A stretch of 63,914 bases of DNA, counting the filler, from Psammoneis japonica (Eukaryota): the NCBI GenBank assembly GCA_008632985.1. It is 4 parts of 4 records of this genome, joined end to end, with 100 filler letters (N's around TTAATTAATTAA, not from the genome) between each part and the next. Parts side by side here need not be neighbours in the genome. Positions count along the whole stretch, not along the records: positions 41,182 to 61,565 come from QPGO01000450.1; positions 61,666 to 63,914 come from QPGO01000566.1; 2 more parts are not named here. One strand, written 5' to 3'. Each line of letters opens with the position of its first letter. The first letter of the stretch is position 1. Shown piece by piece: positions 52,140 to 63,914 of the stretch. The position numbers and the translations under genes are program-made. The notes under the pieces were generated by a model, which had not been told where the DNA came from, did no database searches, and saw nothing but the letters and a program-made list of their open reading frames with translations.

Positions 52140-55100
52140 TGTCATGTGGCACAAGGCCCATTGTGGGTGATTGTGGTGATTTTAAGAGTCGTTCATGAAA
52201 AGTGAGACTGCAAAAGTGTAAAATTCTAAAGTGAAGTTCTGGAGCGGCGGTTCTGTGGAATGTTCTTTGTCTTGTCTTTTTCCAGAGACTTTTCTTCCCA
52301 CTCATGCACTGAATGTTCCTGAGATTGTTCTTAAATGCATGGCATCTTGGGACTTCTGAGGAGTTGTCTTGAGACTCATGCATCGTGTCCGAAGGTGTCA
52401 CGGGAAAAGTCGAGTGCTCTGATTCGCTCTTCATTGTCTTGACCATTTTCTTGTGAGAATTGGATTGGTTGAAAAGGGACTTGAAGTTTGGTCAAGAAAT
52501 GTCTTCTTGATTTACTTGGGAAGTGGCACAGTGTGCTCAGGGAGTGACCGTTGTGTCCCGATGTTCAGCATCGCTTTCTGCACGTGCTCGGTTGTTTGCT
52601 TGGGCAGAAGATTTTGGACAAATTGTTCATGGAACATGTGTGTGTCTCTTGATGTGTGTTCACGTAGATGCGTGTTGGTTCTGTTGGTCATTCTCTGTTG
52701 TTCTTTAAGACGTCACAAAGTGTCGGGTCATGAGCACGATGTGACATGCACCTCCTCCAATGAATCACATCAGGGAGAGAAAGGAACGAGACGTTGTGTG
52801 TTGACAGTCTCGCGGTGATTTCCTTTTTGGATGATGACGGTGCCATTGGACTTTGTTTCATGTGTCTCGCATGGGCCAAGTTGGTGCAAGGCGAGTTTGG
52901 ATCGATGAGGGTCATCGTTTCGGAGAGAAACAAGGTCTCCTGCTTTGAAGTCATGATCGAGTCGCCGAGAGTTTTCACGCGCGTCATCCACTTGCGCTTG
53001 TTGTCGGCGGTGAGCACAAATGGTCGGCCAGTGGACGTTGCATTGTAAGGGCAAGATCATGTTGTGTCCAAAAGCAAGTTGGCCGGCAGAGGCTAGCATG
53101 ACGGTGTGTGCCATCGAGTTCATTGCCCAAGTTGCTGAGGCTGTCATTGCATTCCACGGATTTGGTTGATTAAATGCGTTGGGACCATCAACTTGTTGAG
53201 CTCATGTGCAGCTCCACAAAACATCGTGGGTCCGTTTGAGCAGTGAATTTGCTTGTGGGTTCTGCACTGTTGTGGGCTTAGACTTGGTCCCATGAGAAAT
53301 TGACAGCTCTTGAAATTCAATGCCTGTAAATTCTGCACCGTTGTCGTGCGTGCAACAGACCGGGCATGGGAATTTGCATGACCACACTTGGTCAAATGCT
53401 CTGGCAGTTTCCAGAGCTGAGACTGTTGAGATCTGATCCATGCCAGAATGATGAGCAGCTAGATCCACCATCGCAAGGGCGGTCAGCATTAAACTCTGTC
53501 GGTTGACGCCGGCACCAGTGGCAAAGGCAATCGGTCCGACAGTGTCGACTGCCACCTGCAACCAGGGGTTGATCTCAAGGGCCTGTGTGTCCTTGAGAGG
53601 TGTTTTTCCATGTGCTCTGCGGTTCTCTTTGGACCTTGGACAGGTCTGACATTGGTCTGTTTTTGTTTTGACGCCTTGGGTCAAGCCTTGCCAATGACAG
53701 CACTGTCTGAGGGTCTTTTCCATCCGTTGGACACCTGGATGGCGTAAATTGACATGATGCCAATTCAACAGAGGTGCTTGTAGAGCTGCAGGGATGACAA
53801 TCTTGTCCTCAAAAAGGACCAGGCACAGGTGTCCATCCTGCACCATGCAACTGCAGTCAGGTGATTCTTTCCGACTCGGGTCAGTTCGAGCAAGTTTCAA
53901 TGCTTTTTTGCACACAGCATCATCTTGCTGTGCTTCAATGATTGTGTCAAAGGAGACAGGACAGTGAGTGTCATCATCACATTCAAAGGCAAAACACTCT
54001 TCCAGCATTGGATCTGCCGCTGGCATCTCTGGGTCGTCAGTCGTGGTCACGGCACGGGACAGGAATTCCGCAAGCACATTTTTTGCTCCCGGCAGATAAA
54101 GAATCATGGGACCAAATTCTTCCACAATCAGCCGCCAACGACATGCTCGGTCTGATTTGAAATTTGCAAAGGTCAGATTCTTGTGATCCACACAAATCAT
54201 GATCCTGTGACCCAACAGGATGTCACGACACTCTCGGAGCATCACAACTGTCGACAGCAATTGTTGTTCAACAACTGGACATCTTTTTTGCGTGTCAGAG
54301 AGTTTGCGGGAGTAAATTGCTGTTGGGCGCTTGTCTTGAATGACAACGCTGCCTGGCTGGCATTTTGAAGCATTGGTGTAGATGCAGAACATCTCATTGA
54401 AATCAGAGCAGGCAAGAAGCGTCTCGGCAGAGATCCATCTCTTGATTTCTTGAAACGCTTGTTCGTGTTCGGGTTTCCACTTGAACTTGACTGCTTTTGA
54501 GGTCATGCTCGAAAGAGGTGCCAACAGATGGGCACGAAGGCGCCACATCTCGCGACAGAAGTTTGTTGTTCCGACAAAACCTCTGAGTTCTTTCTTTGTT
54601 TTGGGTGAAACCAAATTCACAATTGCATTGACCTTTTTTGGTTGCGGCTTGATTCCATGCCCAGTGATGACAAATCCTAGGTGCTCCGTTTCTAGAGTGC
54701 AAAAGAAAGTTTTTCGCAAATTTGTTCTAAAGCCTGCATCATTCAAAAGCACAAACACTTCATGCAATTGGGCAAGGTGATCATCAAAGGATCCCTTGCC
54801 AACAATCAATGGGTCGTCAATGAAAATCAAAACGAATTCCAAGTGTCCTGACAGGTCAGTCATGACTTCTTGGAATGCATCTGGGGCTGGTGCAAGTCCC
54901 ATTGGCAATCTGCAGCAAGCATGTTTGCTGAACGGCAGCACAGCAGTCAAATGCTGCTGACATTTCTGGCTGATCTGTGTCGTAAAAAATCCCATGTTCA
55001 AATCGATCGCTGTGACACAAGCACAGCCGTGTGGCTTTCGTAGCATGGTTGGCATTGAAGGCAGAGGCCAAGGGCATCGTTGCATGCATTGATTTAAAAG

Positions 55101-56615
55101 CCGAAAGTCGGTGACGAATCGGCAATCACCACCTTTCTTCGGTGTGAACATTGAAGGAAATCCCCAAGCTGAGTCTGAGATCCTTCTCAGAACTCCTGCT
55201 CGGCATGATCACTCTGCTTCTCCCTTCGCCATGTTGTGGTTGATCTGGGGTGTGCTGTGAGGTCGGCACATGATGGGCTTGGTGCCGGGCTTAAGCTCAA
55301 CACTGACCAGTGGTCGCTTGACACACTGTCTGAGCTCTCCTTGCGTGAGGCTTGAGAAGTCTTCTGGCAAGGCAACAAGAGCTTCACCTTGTTCTCTTGA
55401 CAGATGCTCGGGCACACATTCTTGTAAGTCCTCTGCAGGACTGCAGTCATTTGGGCAAACAGCCTTGGTCTTACGAGCTGCCATGAGCTCTTCTAGCATC
55501 GTCGGTTGGTGCCAAAAATCTTCAGGATGTCTCATTGGAAAGGACAAGTCATCCCAAGTGATGACTTTTTCTTGGAAATCAAGCTTCATTCCAAGCTTGA
55601 ACAGAACATCTCGTCCCACCACAGCATCGTAGATTCCCTGCAAGGATGAAATGTAAAGGCGTACGTTGAATTGTCTGTGTGAGGATGTGTCAAGGAATCG
55701 ACAACAAGCTGGCACGATGTGAGTTGTCTGATGGGTCTGCGCAAACAAGGTCTCCCATTGTGTTGGTGCTGAGGCAGCCTCATCCAGTGCTCCTTCTGAG
55801 AGCACATCTTTCTTTGTCATTGTTCAACTGCTGCCGCTGTTGAGTGAGGCGAGCAGAACATTGTTGCTTTTGTCTTGAGTCCCATCGATTGGATCAAGCA
55901 GTTGAAGCCGCACGACACATCCGGGGTTCTTCCATTTGTGTTTTTGAGGCTTTCATGCTGCGTGTCTTTTTGGCTTTTTGTTTGCTGCTTTGCTCTTCTT
56001 CTTGTTCTCTGAAATGGTCAGACATGCCATCTCCAAGGATTTCTTCTTGTTGGTGGAACCAAGTGCGATGCTCTTCATCATCTGGGTGCACCACACCAGG
56101 TTCACAGTAAAAAAAATTGTGATCACTGAATGCACTCAAAGGCTTGTCACCATCACTGTGAGGATCTGGTTCAGGCATTCGTGCCACTGGTTGTGGCTCA
56201 GGCACCACGGCTGGCACAAGTTCATGCATCATGAGAACACTTTCTTCATCGGTGTCAGACTCTGGGGCCGCTGACATTTTCTTGTCAGACTTGCCAGTCA
56301 CAAGTTCGTCTGCCGATGCAGCTCGCTTCGTCTTTGATGTGGTTGCTCAACGAGAAAGTGAGCCATGTTGCTCATGTGGGCAGGGTTTGGTGTCTTCGGA
56401 CGTTTTCGAATGTCCTTCATCTTCATGGAATTCATCTGGATGACTTGGGACAATCAAGTTTCTTCTCGCAGGATGAATGCCTCCATGAGGGAACACTGCG
56501 CAGCAGTCGCAATCATCCATTCCATCTGGACATGGTGCCTCTGTCAACTCCTGGGCATCCGTGCTGTTGTCATGCTCAAAGATTGATGACATCAGAGATG
56601 CGCGCTTGCACGCGC
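52140..56615 (-). mobile_element. Ty3/Gypsy element A (3' LTR 52140-52746; PR-RT-RH-IN), gag interrupted by Gypsy B
   Basis: LLASLNSGS (for LLDSG), FIDDPL, CIYTNASK, HPGVQRM, THDNGAEF. PPT GGAGGAGG next to TGTCAC...ATGACA. Confidence 0.9.
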
Positions 56616-59600
56616 TGTCTGCCCTGTGTGTGCACTGGGCGCTGAAAAAGAAGATGTGTTTTGACTTTGTCGTTGTGAAAATTGTGAGCTAGTTTAGAGC
56701 AGAGAAAATGGGATCGTGCGAACAGGGAATCTTGCCAAATCCCCATTCGTTTGCATTTGGATCGCATCAAATCGATCGTGCGTTTGCATTGTGGATCGTG
56801 CGAATCAAGCCATCACGTGCCATGCACGAGTGATGTCATCATGTGGAATCACACTGCCATCGTGGGCCAGACGATGGGCCAGTGTGCTTCACACGGATGC
56901 TCTCTCAGCATCCTTCTGGAATTGCCTGAGACCCAGAGCCATGCCCTCCTGTGGTCGTGCTTCCCAGGTGCGTGTTGACAACACTACGTTGCCATGCACA
57001 AGAGGCTTGCGCATGGTCTCGCCGTGTTGTCCAGCAGCGAGGCACACTGCACACTCCCCCATGATCAGGGCCGTTAAGTGACAGAATGTCTCACTGGTGA
57101 CAGGGTGCAATCTGCCATAGATTGCACGCATCCATCAGCGCTCCGTTCTGGGTGCGCAACATGCCGTTGTCATGTGCACGGACAACTCTGGCAGGTCCTG
57201 CACAGCTGTCAGAACTGCACTTAGAGGATTGTTCCTGTTTGATGAGTGCCAATTGCCCTGCGGTGCATTGACACTCCTTGTGTTTCTGATTTTCACGCTT
57301 GTCATTTAAGTGGACAAGCTTCTGCTTTCTGGTTTCTGTGTGCTTCCACTTGGCACGATGGGCAATGGACAAAACCGCGTCACGTCTGAAGACCAATTGC
57401 ATGGGACTTGCACATGTGGTCGTGTGCACCGCAGCTCTAACAGCGAAGGCTGCTGTGGAGAGGATGCCACTCCATGGGTCATCTTTGTCCAGTTCCATGT
57501 CCTGCACTGAAAAGGAATGCACCATGTTGCCAAGTGTCTGGTGCACATGTTCCACTGTGGCATTCGCCTGTGGATTCCACTTGCTTGTGGGTTTCTTCAA
57601 AATCCCACAGTCATTTTTAATCATCTGGCTAAATTCTGCCATAAATTCTGTCCCACGGTCATAAACCACCTGGGTTGGCCACGGATGTCTGCATGGCCAC
57701 ATTTGTTCTACGACGTTTGCTACGACGTCTGCGCGTTTCGTAGACACTTCTTCAATCTCGAACCACCCGGTTGCCGGGTCGATCATTGTGACCGCCCATG
57801 ACTGCAAAGTGTCCTTTCCGCGCATTTGAATTTTGTGTGGCCCTGTCACATCCATGCATGGAGTCTCCCATGGAATTATCTCAGCAACCTTTTCTGGCAG
57901 CTTCCCATGATGCTGCATTCAGCGTTTTGTCTTCTGGCATCGATCGCACTTGACGCATGTAGAGTGCACCGTAGACCTCATGCCAGGCCAGCAGAAGTGC
58001 TGGGCAATGGACATTTCCGTGCGTGTCTCTCCTGGATGACACAGTGTCTCGTGGTGCCATTCAGTTGGCAGAACCTGCAATGACTGTGGTGCTGCGATTT
58101 TGTCCTTATGACAGATTAACTGTCGTGATGACCCTCCCCCACGACACGTGCGAATGGAGCAGTCGGACGAGTCCTCAGCTCGCGAGAGCAGGTGCTTGTC
58201 CTTTTGTTGTTCTTTTTGAATGTGCTTGAAGCCAACGGGCGGAGGTGCGGCGTCTTGCGCCTCTGCATTAAAGAGGCTTCATGCAAAGGACGACTCGATG
58301 GAGTGTCTTTTACATCCGGATTGGCTTCGGAAGGCAAGCTGGGTGCCAGCCGAAGGCGACTGAGAGCGTCAGCGACTGGGTTGTGGGTGCCCTTAACACA
58401 GCGTAATTCGGGACCGCATTCTTCGCATGTCAACCGCCAGCACATGACACACTCGGCATTGAATGCTTTGTGCGCAAGATGCCCATGATCAGCATGTGTG
58501 ATCATGCGACAACCAAGGAGAATCGTTTGAAATTCTTTCAACGTCTCCACAATGGCGAGCAATTCTCTCTCCATTGTTGTGCAATTTAATTGCGCACTGT
58601 CAAGCTTTCTGCTGTAAAAGGCGACAGGTTTATCATCTTGGGACACAACTGCTCTCAATTGATGTTTAGAGGCATCGGTGTGCATCTCAAAGGGTTCATT
58701 AAAATCAGGATGTGACAACAAAACATCATCCAATGTTGCCCGTTTAACGGTTTCGAATGCCTCGTTTTCAACGGATGTCCACTCCCACTTGACAGTCTCG
58801 CTTGCGAGTCGTGTTGGCGGAGCCAAGACTTCAGAACGTCTAATCCACGTGTCGTGGCAGCAGTTCACCACACCAATGAATGACCCGCAGGTCGCGTTTG
58901 TTGGTTGGGGTTGCGATTCGCTTGATGGCGTCGACTTTATCAGGCATTGGTCACACTCCGTCTCTGTTGACCAAATGACCCAAGCACTCTAATTGGGTTT
59001 GACAGAAGTGAGATTTGGTTGCGTCAACTTTTAGTCCTGCTTTCTGGACCCTCAATGAAACTTCTTCAAGTTTGTTGAGGTGATCTTCACAGGTGCCTTT
59101 TGTCACGACGAGAAGGTCATCTAAGCACGTTCAAACAAACGATGGATCTTCAAATGGGCCTGACATGCGTTCTTGGAAAATGTCTGGCGAACTGCATGAC
59201 CCCATGGGCAACACCTGCATCTCATGCTTGCCCCACGGGAAGATGAGCGTGCAGAGCTTCTTGCCATCAGCATCCAATTGGATGTGACAATGGCCCACAT
59301 TTAAATCCAGAGATGTGGCCCACACAAAGCCTTTGAGCTTTGAGCAGCACGTCTTGGATGTGAGGAATCGGGTGAGGCAATCGCTTGATCCGTTTGTTCA
59401 GCTCTCTGAAATCATTGACAAAGCGTGCCGTTAAGTCTTTCTTCAGCATGACAAATGATGGAGCTGCCCATTGGGATCGGTTGACGCGTTTGAGAACACC
59501 GATGCGCGCTGGGCGCTCTGCTTCTTTACGCAGCACAGCTTCGTGCACACGAGGTGCTTTACACGGACGAGCGTGGTGTGGTTGTGCACCCTCCTTGAGT

Positions 59601-61565
59601 TGGATGTGGCAGGGTTCTCCCTTCCATTCTCCAGATGTCCCATCAAATGAGGACTCATGGCGTTTCAACAGTGCCAAAAGGTTGTTTTGTTGAACTGCAG
59701 AAAGTCCCATGGCCGATCGCATCATGTCCTTGAGGCAGGCCGGCGCGTGCTTGGCATCTGAAACACGCAAAATCCAGTCAGTTTCCGAAGACAAGGCTTC
59801 TGGATCTTGAAGATAGAAGGAGGTTTCCACCGCAGCATCCATGTGCCTCATTGGTGCTTCTCCATTGACTGATGGCCACTCTGTCATCTGTTCAGAGAAG
59901 ACAACATCAATGCCTTGTGTCTCCAGAATGTCACGTCCAACAATCATGTCGCACTTGCCCAACTTTCCATTGTGTGCGTGGACGGCATGTTTAAGTTCTG
60001 CAGTTTCGGACAATTCTGGCAACTGAAATTTAACGGCACAGTCGTCAGACGCACCAAACGAGCCTGTTGCCGTAGTCCAGTTAGTCTCAGCCATTGAATG
60101 GCTTTGCAAACGCTTGCAGTGTCAACTGTTGAGTGGAGTGCTGCTGGCGCCACCATCTGGCAGTGCCTCAATGGTCTGAGTCTTGCCCTTGCCATGTTCA
60201 GCATTCATGGCCACAAACAAGATTGGAGTGAGATGAGTCTTTTTAACTCATTTGCGGGATTGGCCTGCAACACGTGTACGATGGTAATTCAATTGTTCAT
60301 TCACACATTCATCCAATGTGTTAAAACCACCGGCATCATGTTGGCCTCCTCCTCAGGTGTCCGAATCTTTGGAATCACTTAAGTTGAGGTCACGGAAGTG
60401 ATCAAGCTCCTCCTTGCGTGCCTTGCACTTTTTCTGAGCATTGGCAAAGAACTCCTTGACCTTTGATCTGATGAGAGCATCAATGTCTTCCTCATTCCGA
60501 GGTTTTTCATCAGGCTTGCTGCCTCCGTTGTCAGAATGTCCAGTCTTGACATGTTTCACGTGGTGCTTGAGCTGACGGCAATCCTCCGCATGATGTCCAC
60601 AGTTGGTCCTGTGTGGCACACACGACTTCTGGGTGTTCCGTTGGTTCGTGATCAACGACTCAGGATTGTCCGTTCTACGTCCCCGCTTGCGTGGAACCCC
60701 AGTGTGTTGGTCCAGGTTACCTCCGGCAAGCTCGACCTGCTCGATGCGCTCGCAGAACTGTGCAAATTCGGCAACAGTGTGCGCCAAGGGGTCAAAATTC
60801 TGTAACGTCATGACTTTCTGCCACGCGTTCGGCACACCGCACTCGAACATGTCGCACAGTTCGTCATTGGGCAATGGTGCCGGTGCTTCTCCATCCTCCA
60901 TCACGGGTGGAAGCTGAGAGATGTGGCCGTTAATTTCAACAGCCCTTGCGACATGGTCACAAGTGGAAACCTCTGCGGGCTTGTGCATGAAGCGCCTCAG
61001 ATGACGCTTCTGCAACAGTGCCGCCCTGTGTGGGAAGATGCTCTCCTTTAGCTTCGCGATGCATGCTGCGTGCGTGGCATTGGTTTCGGATGCCTGCGTG
61101 TCAGCGGCATCATTGAATGACGTCAGAGCATCACCCTGTAGTGGGTCGCGCACAAGGGCAAATTTCGCTGGCCCGGTCGTCATGTTTTGTCCTTCGTGCA
61201 TGCGATCCACGTTGCGCAGAAAGATTGGGAGTGTCTCGCATGTAGCCGCAGAAAGGCACGGGATGCCCATCTCGTGCATTGGACTGTCCGGATCAGCAGG
61301 GTTGTTGTGCAGCTTGAACATCTGGCACTCGCCCTGCTGCAGCTCTTTCTTCTCCGGCTGTGCGAACGGAATCGGCGGCTTGGTCCGCTTCTTCATGGTC
61401 GTTTTGAGATTTGTCGGTCCCACCAACATTTCATAGTTTCGTTTCTGTGGATTTCGTCACCTCGCACAATGTGCGAGAGTGACATTGCTGTGCCCCATGT
61501 GTGCACTGGGCGCTGAAAAAGAAGATGTGTTTCGACTTTGTCGTTGTGAAAATTTGAGCTAGTTT
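56616..61565 (-). mobile_element. Ty3/Gypsy element B, nearly full length (3' LTR ~56616-57051; 5' LTR from ~61489 into the gap; gag 60353-61429; pol in frame)
   Basis: Shared LTR text GTGCACTGGGCGCTGAAAAAGAAGATGTG at both ends; PPT CATGGGGGAG. Motifs ALPDGGAS, WAAPSF, CLDD, HTDASK, VADALSR, YDRGTEF. Confidence 0.92.
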
Positions 61566-63914
61566 NNNNNNNNNNNNNNNNNNNNNNNNNNNNNNNNNNN
61601 NNNNNNNNNTTAATTAATTAANNNNNNNNNNNNNNNNNNNNNNNNNNNNNNNNNNNNNNNNNNNNAAAGTGCATCCGTCGACTTGTCCTGTGGCAACCGC
61701 CTGATCGACTCAGAACGTGGGGAAATCCTGGAGGATGTGTTGTTCAATAATTATATAGCACCTTTAGGCAATGAAGGAAGCGACTTTAGGCAAGGCAAGG
61801 AAGCAAAAGAGCAATTCAAGGACGCGAGGACCCACAAGCTGGTGACCCACAATTCTGCGAATCTACCGCTGGAGACAATTTGCAAGATGGGAGACGACTC
61901 CTAGCTGTAACTGGCAATTAAAAGCACTAGTCCATACTAATTTATCATATAGCTCTTTAACAAAGCTGTTCTCATCATTGCAGTAATGATTTCCAGCGCT
62001 TGGAGCCTTGCAGAGAGAACTACCTGCGCACACCAACAACCGGATCAATCCCACTTCCGGGCTTCAATGTCACCAATTGTGTTTGTTGACTTTTGCTATA
62101 GCTCATATTTTACATCCTTCTACATATCAGATGCTTCCTGTGCTATTCGATGCTTCCTGTGCTATTTATTTTATTAACAAACTACGCATCGTTCGGTGTA
62201 TGCAAAATGATGAGAATGGTGTCCGACAGAGAGGTTCCGGCCAGCTGTCGTCATTTACCTGTCACTGGTATCATTTTCTACAGTTTGAACCCAATTTTAG
62301 AAGCATTGAACGCTTGAAAACGCCTCTTTGCAGACAATATGAACAATTTAAGCCGTGCTCCGAATCGATTTGGTTGGAGCTGGCATGTTCACAGGATCCC
62401 AGGTCCAACTGCTTGCGGCTCCTCAGGAACTCCCATAGATTTTTGACACCTGATAACTGCCCAGGATCGTCTCATTTAGGCATAGAGGGAGGCGTTTGAG
62501 CCATTGATTGAAACTTTTGGATGGATTAAAGTCGGCATTGAGTCGATTTGATTGTCGCAAACGATCTTGAAAGCAAGGATTGCCGCGTTTGCTTTTNNNN
62601 NNNNNNNNNNNNNNNNNNNNNNNNNNNNNNNNNNNNNNNNNNNNNNNNNNNNNNNNNNNNNNNNNNNNNNNNNNNNNNNNNNNNNNNNNNNNNNNNNNNN
62701 NNNNNNNNNNNNNNNNNNNNNNNNNNNNNNNNNNNNNNNNNNNNNNNNNNNNNNNNNNNNNNNNNNNNNNNNNNNNNNNNNNNNNNNNNNNNNNNNNNNN
62801 NNNNNNNNNNNNNNNNNNNNNNNNNNNNNNNNNNNNNNNNNNNNNNNNNNNNNNNNNNNNNNNNNNNNNNNNNNNNNNNNNNNNNNNNNNNNNNNNNNNN
62901 NNNNNNNNNNNNNNNNNNNNNNNNNNNNNNNNNNNNNNNNNNNNNNNNNNNNNNNNNNNNNNNNNNNNNNNNNNNNNNNNNNNNNNNNNNNNNNNNNNNN
63001 NNNNNNNNNNNNNNNNNNNNNNNNNNNNNNNNNNNNNNNNNNNNNNNNNNNNNNNNNNNNNNNNNNNNNNNNNNNNNNNNNNNNNNNNNNNNNNNNNNNN
63101 NNNNNNNNNNNNNNNNNNNNNNNNNNNNNNNNNNNNNNNNNNNNNNNNNNNNNNNNNNNNNNNNNNNNNNNNNNNNNNNNNNNNNNNNNNNNNNNNNNNN
63201 NNNNNNNNNNNNNNNNNNNNNNNNNNNNNNNNNNNNNNNNNNNNNNNNNNNNNNNNNNNNNNNNNNNNNNNNNNNNNNNNNNNNNNNNNNNNNNNNNNNN
63301 NNNNNNNNNNNNNNNNNNNNNNNNNNNNNNNNNNNNNNNNNNNNNNNNNNNNNNNNNNNNNNNNNNNNNNNNNNTGTAGCCGGTGGGCTTGGAGATGGCG
63401 ACGTGGCTTTGGTACAGGTGGGTGAAGGCGACGGTGATGGGAGCTTTGGCGCTTTCGTTAGAGCCTGGGATGCCGGAGTCGGTGGCGCTCCTCCTTTGCT
63501 CGGATTTTGGTGACAGCATGGTGGGTGAAGGCGACGGTGTTGCTACTGGTAGCGTTGTGACGGCGCTGGAGGTTTGGTGGGTAAGGACAGGAGGCGTTAG
63601 TGGAAGGGGTTGGAGGCTTTGGCATGTGACGGCGAGTCGTAGGAGCAGGAGTAGTAGCATGTTGCGGTGGTTGGAGCGGGGGTTGGTGTTTGTTTGGGCA
63701 CAAAACCAAGTTCACATTCCACACCAAATCCCTGAAACTCGCCCTCAGGTTTGTACACTGCTTCTTGAATGTTTTCTCGCATCCATCCTCCAAGCAGCAA
63801 GCTCCTTGGTTGGGCATCAACTTTTGGGTTGTCGCACTCGTATCCGGGCTTCGTAAAAGTACCGCCTTGCAACTTGCACGTTTCCTGCAAAAGCTTCCTA
63901 CATCCGAAAAACAA

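Noticed and set aside
60353..60355. Stop-codon readthrough between Gypsy B gag and pol
   Set aside because: The in-frame TGA could be a CGA->TGA decay product like others nearby, and this cannot be decided from one copy.
61666..63914. ORFs around and across the long N gap
   Set aside because: They are mostly X residues or short fragments with no recognisable motif, so no product can be supported.

Overview
Eukaryotic DNA, most likely from a pennate diatom. This rests on short GT-AG introns, a signal-peptide+AF plastid-targeting motif, diatom-type RGLE proteins, helicase-associated (HA) domain repeats and CoDi-like Copia. The window is a mosaic of two compositions. Normal-composition gene islands lie at ~20.7-27.4 kb (Vps39/TGFBRAP1-like gene), ~41.2-48.3 kb (fibrillin-like, two RGLE-family, SWIB genes) and ~61.7-63.9 kb. 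Transposon-rich blocks lie at 1-20.6 kb, ~27.5-41.1 kb and ~48.4-61.6 kb. They hold a Ginger-like integrase-Ulp1-RING element, a Plavaka-like transposase, Copia, two Gypsy elements, LINE fragments and two copies of a non-autonomous LTR element, several nested with readable LTRs and TSDs. The main signal is that the TE blocks show ordinary CpG decay plus a near-complete, sharply bounded TpA->CpA/TpG conversion (Y->H/C, L->P/S, V->A, I->M at conserved motifs). This runs opposite to fungal RIP and appears faster than CpG decay. Two decayed genes, each convergent with a transposase, show TET/JBP-like HxDxxN...YxR motifs plus a possible HhH-type C-terminal domain, so they are candidate transposon-borne base-modifying enzymes. 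All calls come from motif reading by eye; no searches or counts were run. Host genes carry scattered 1-nt frameshifts, suggesting assembly indel errors.
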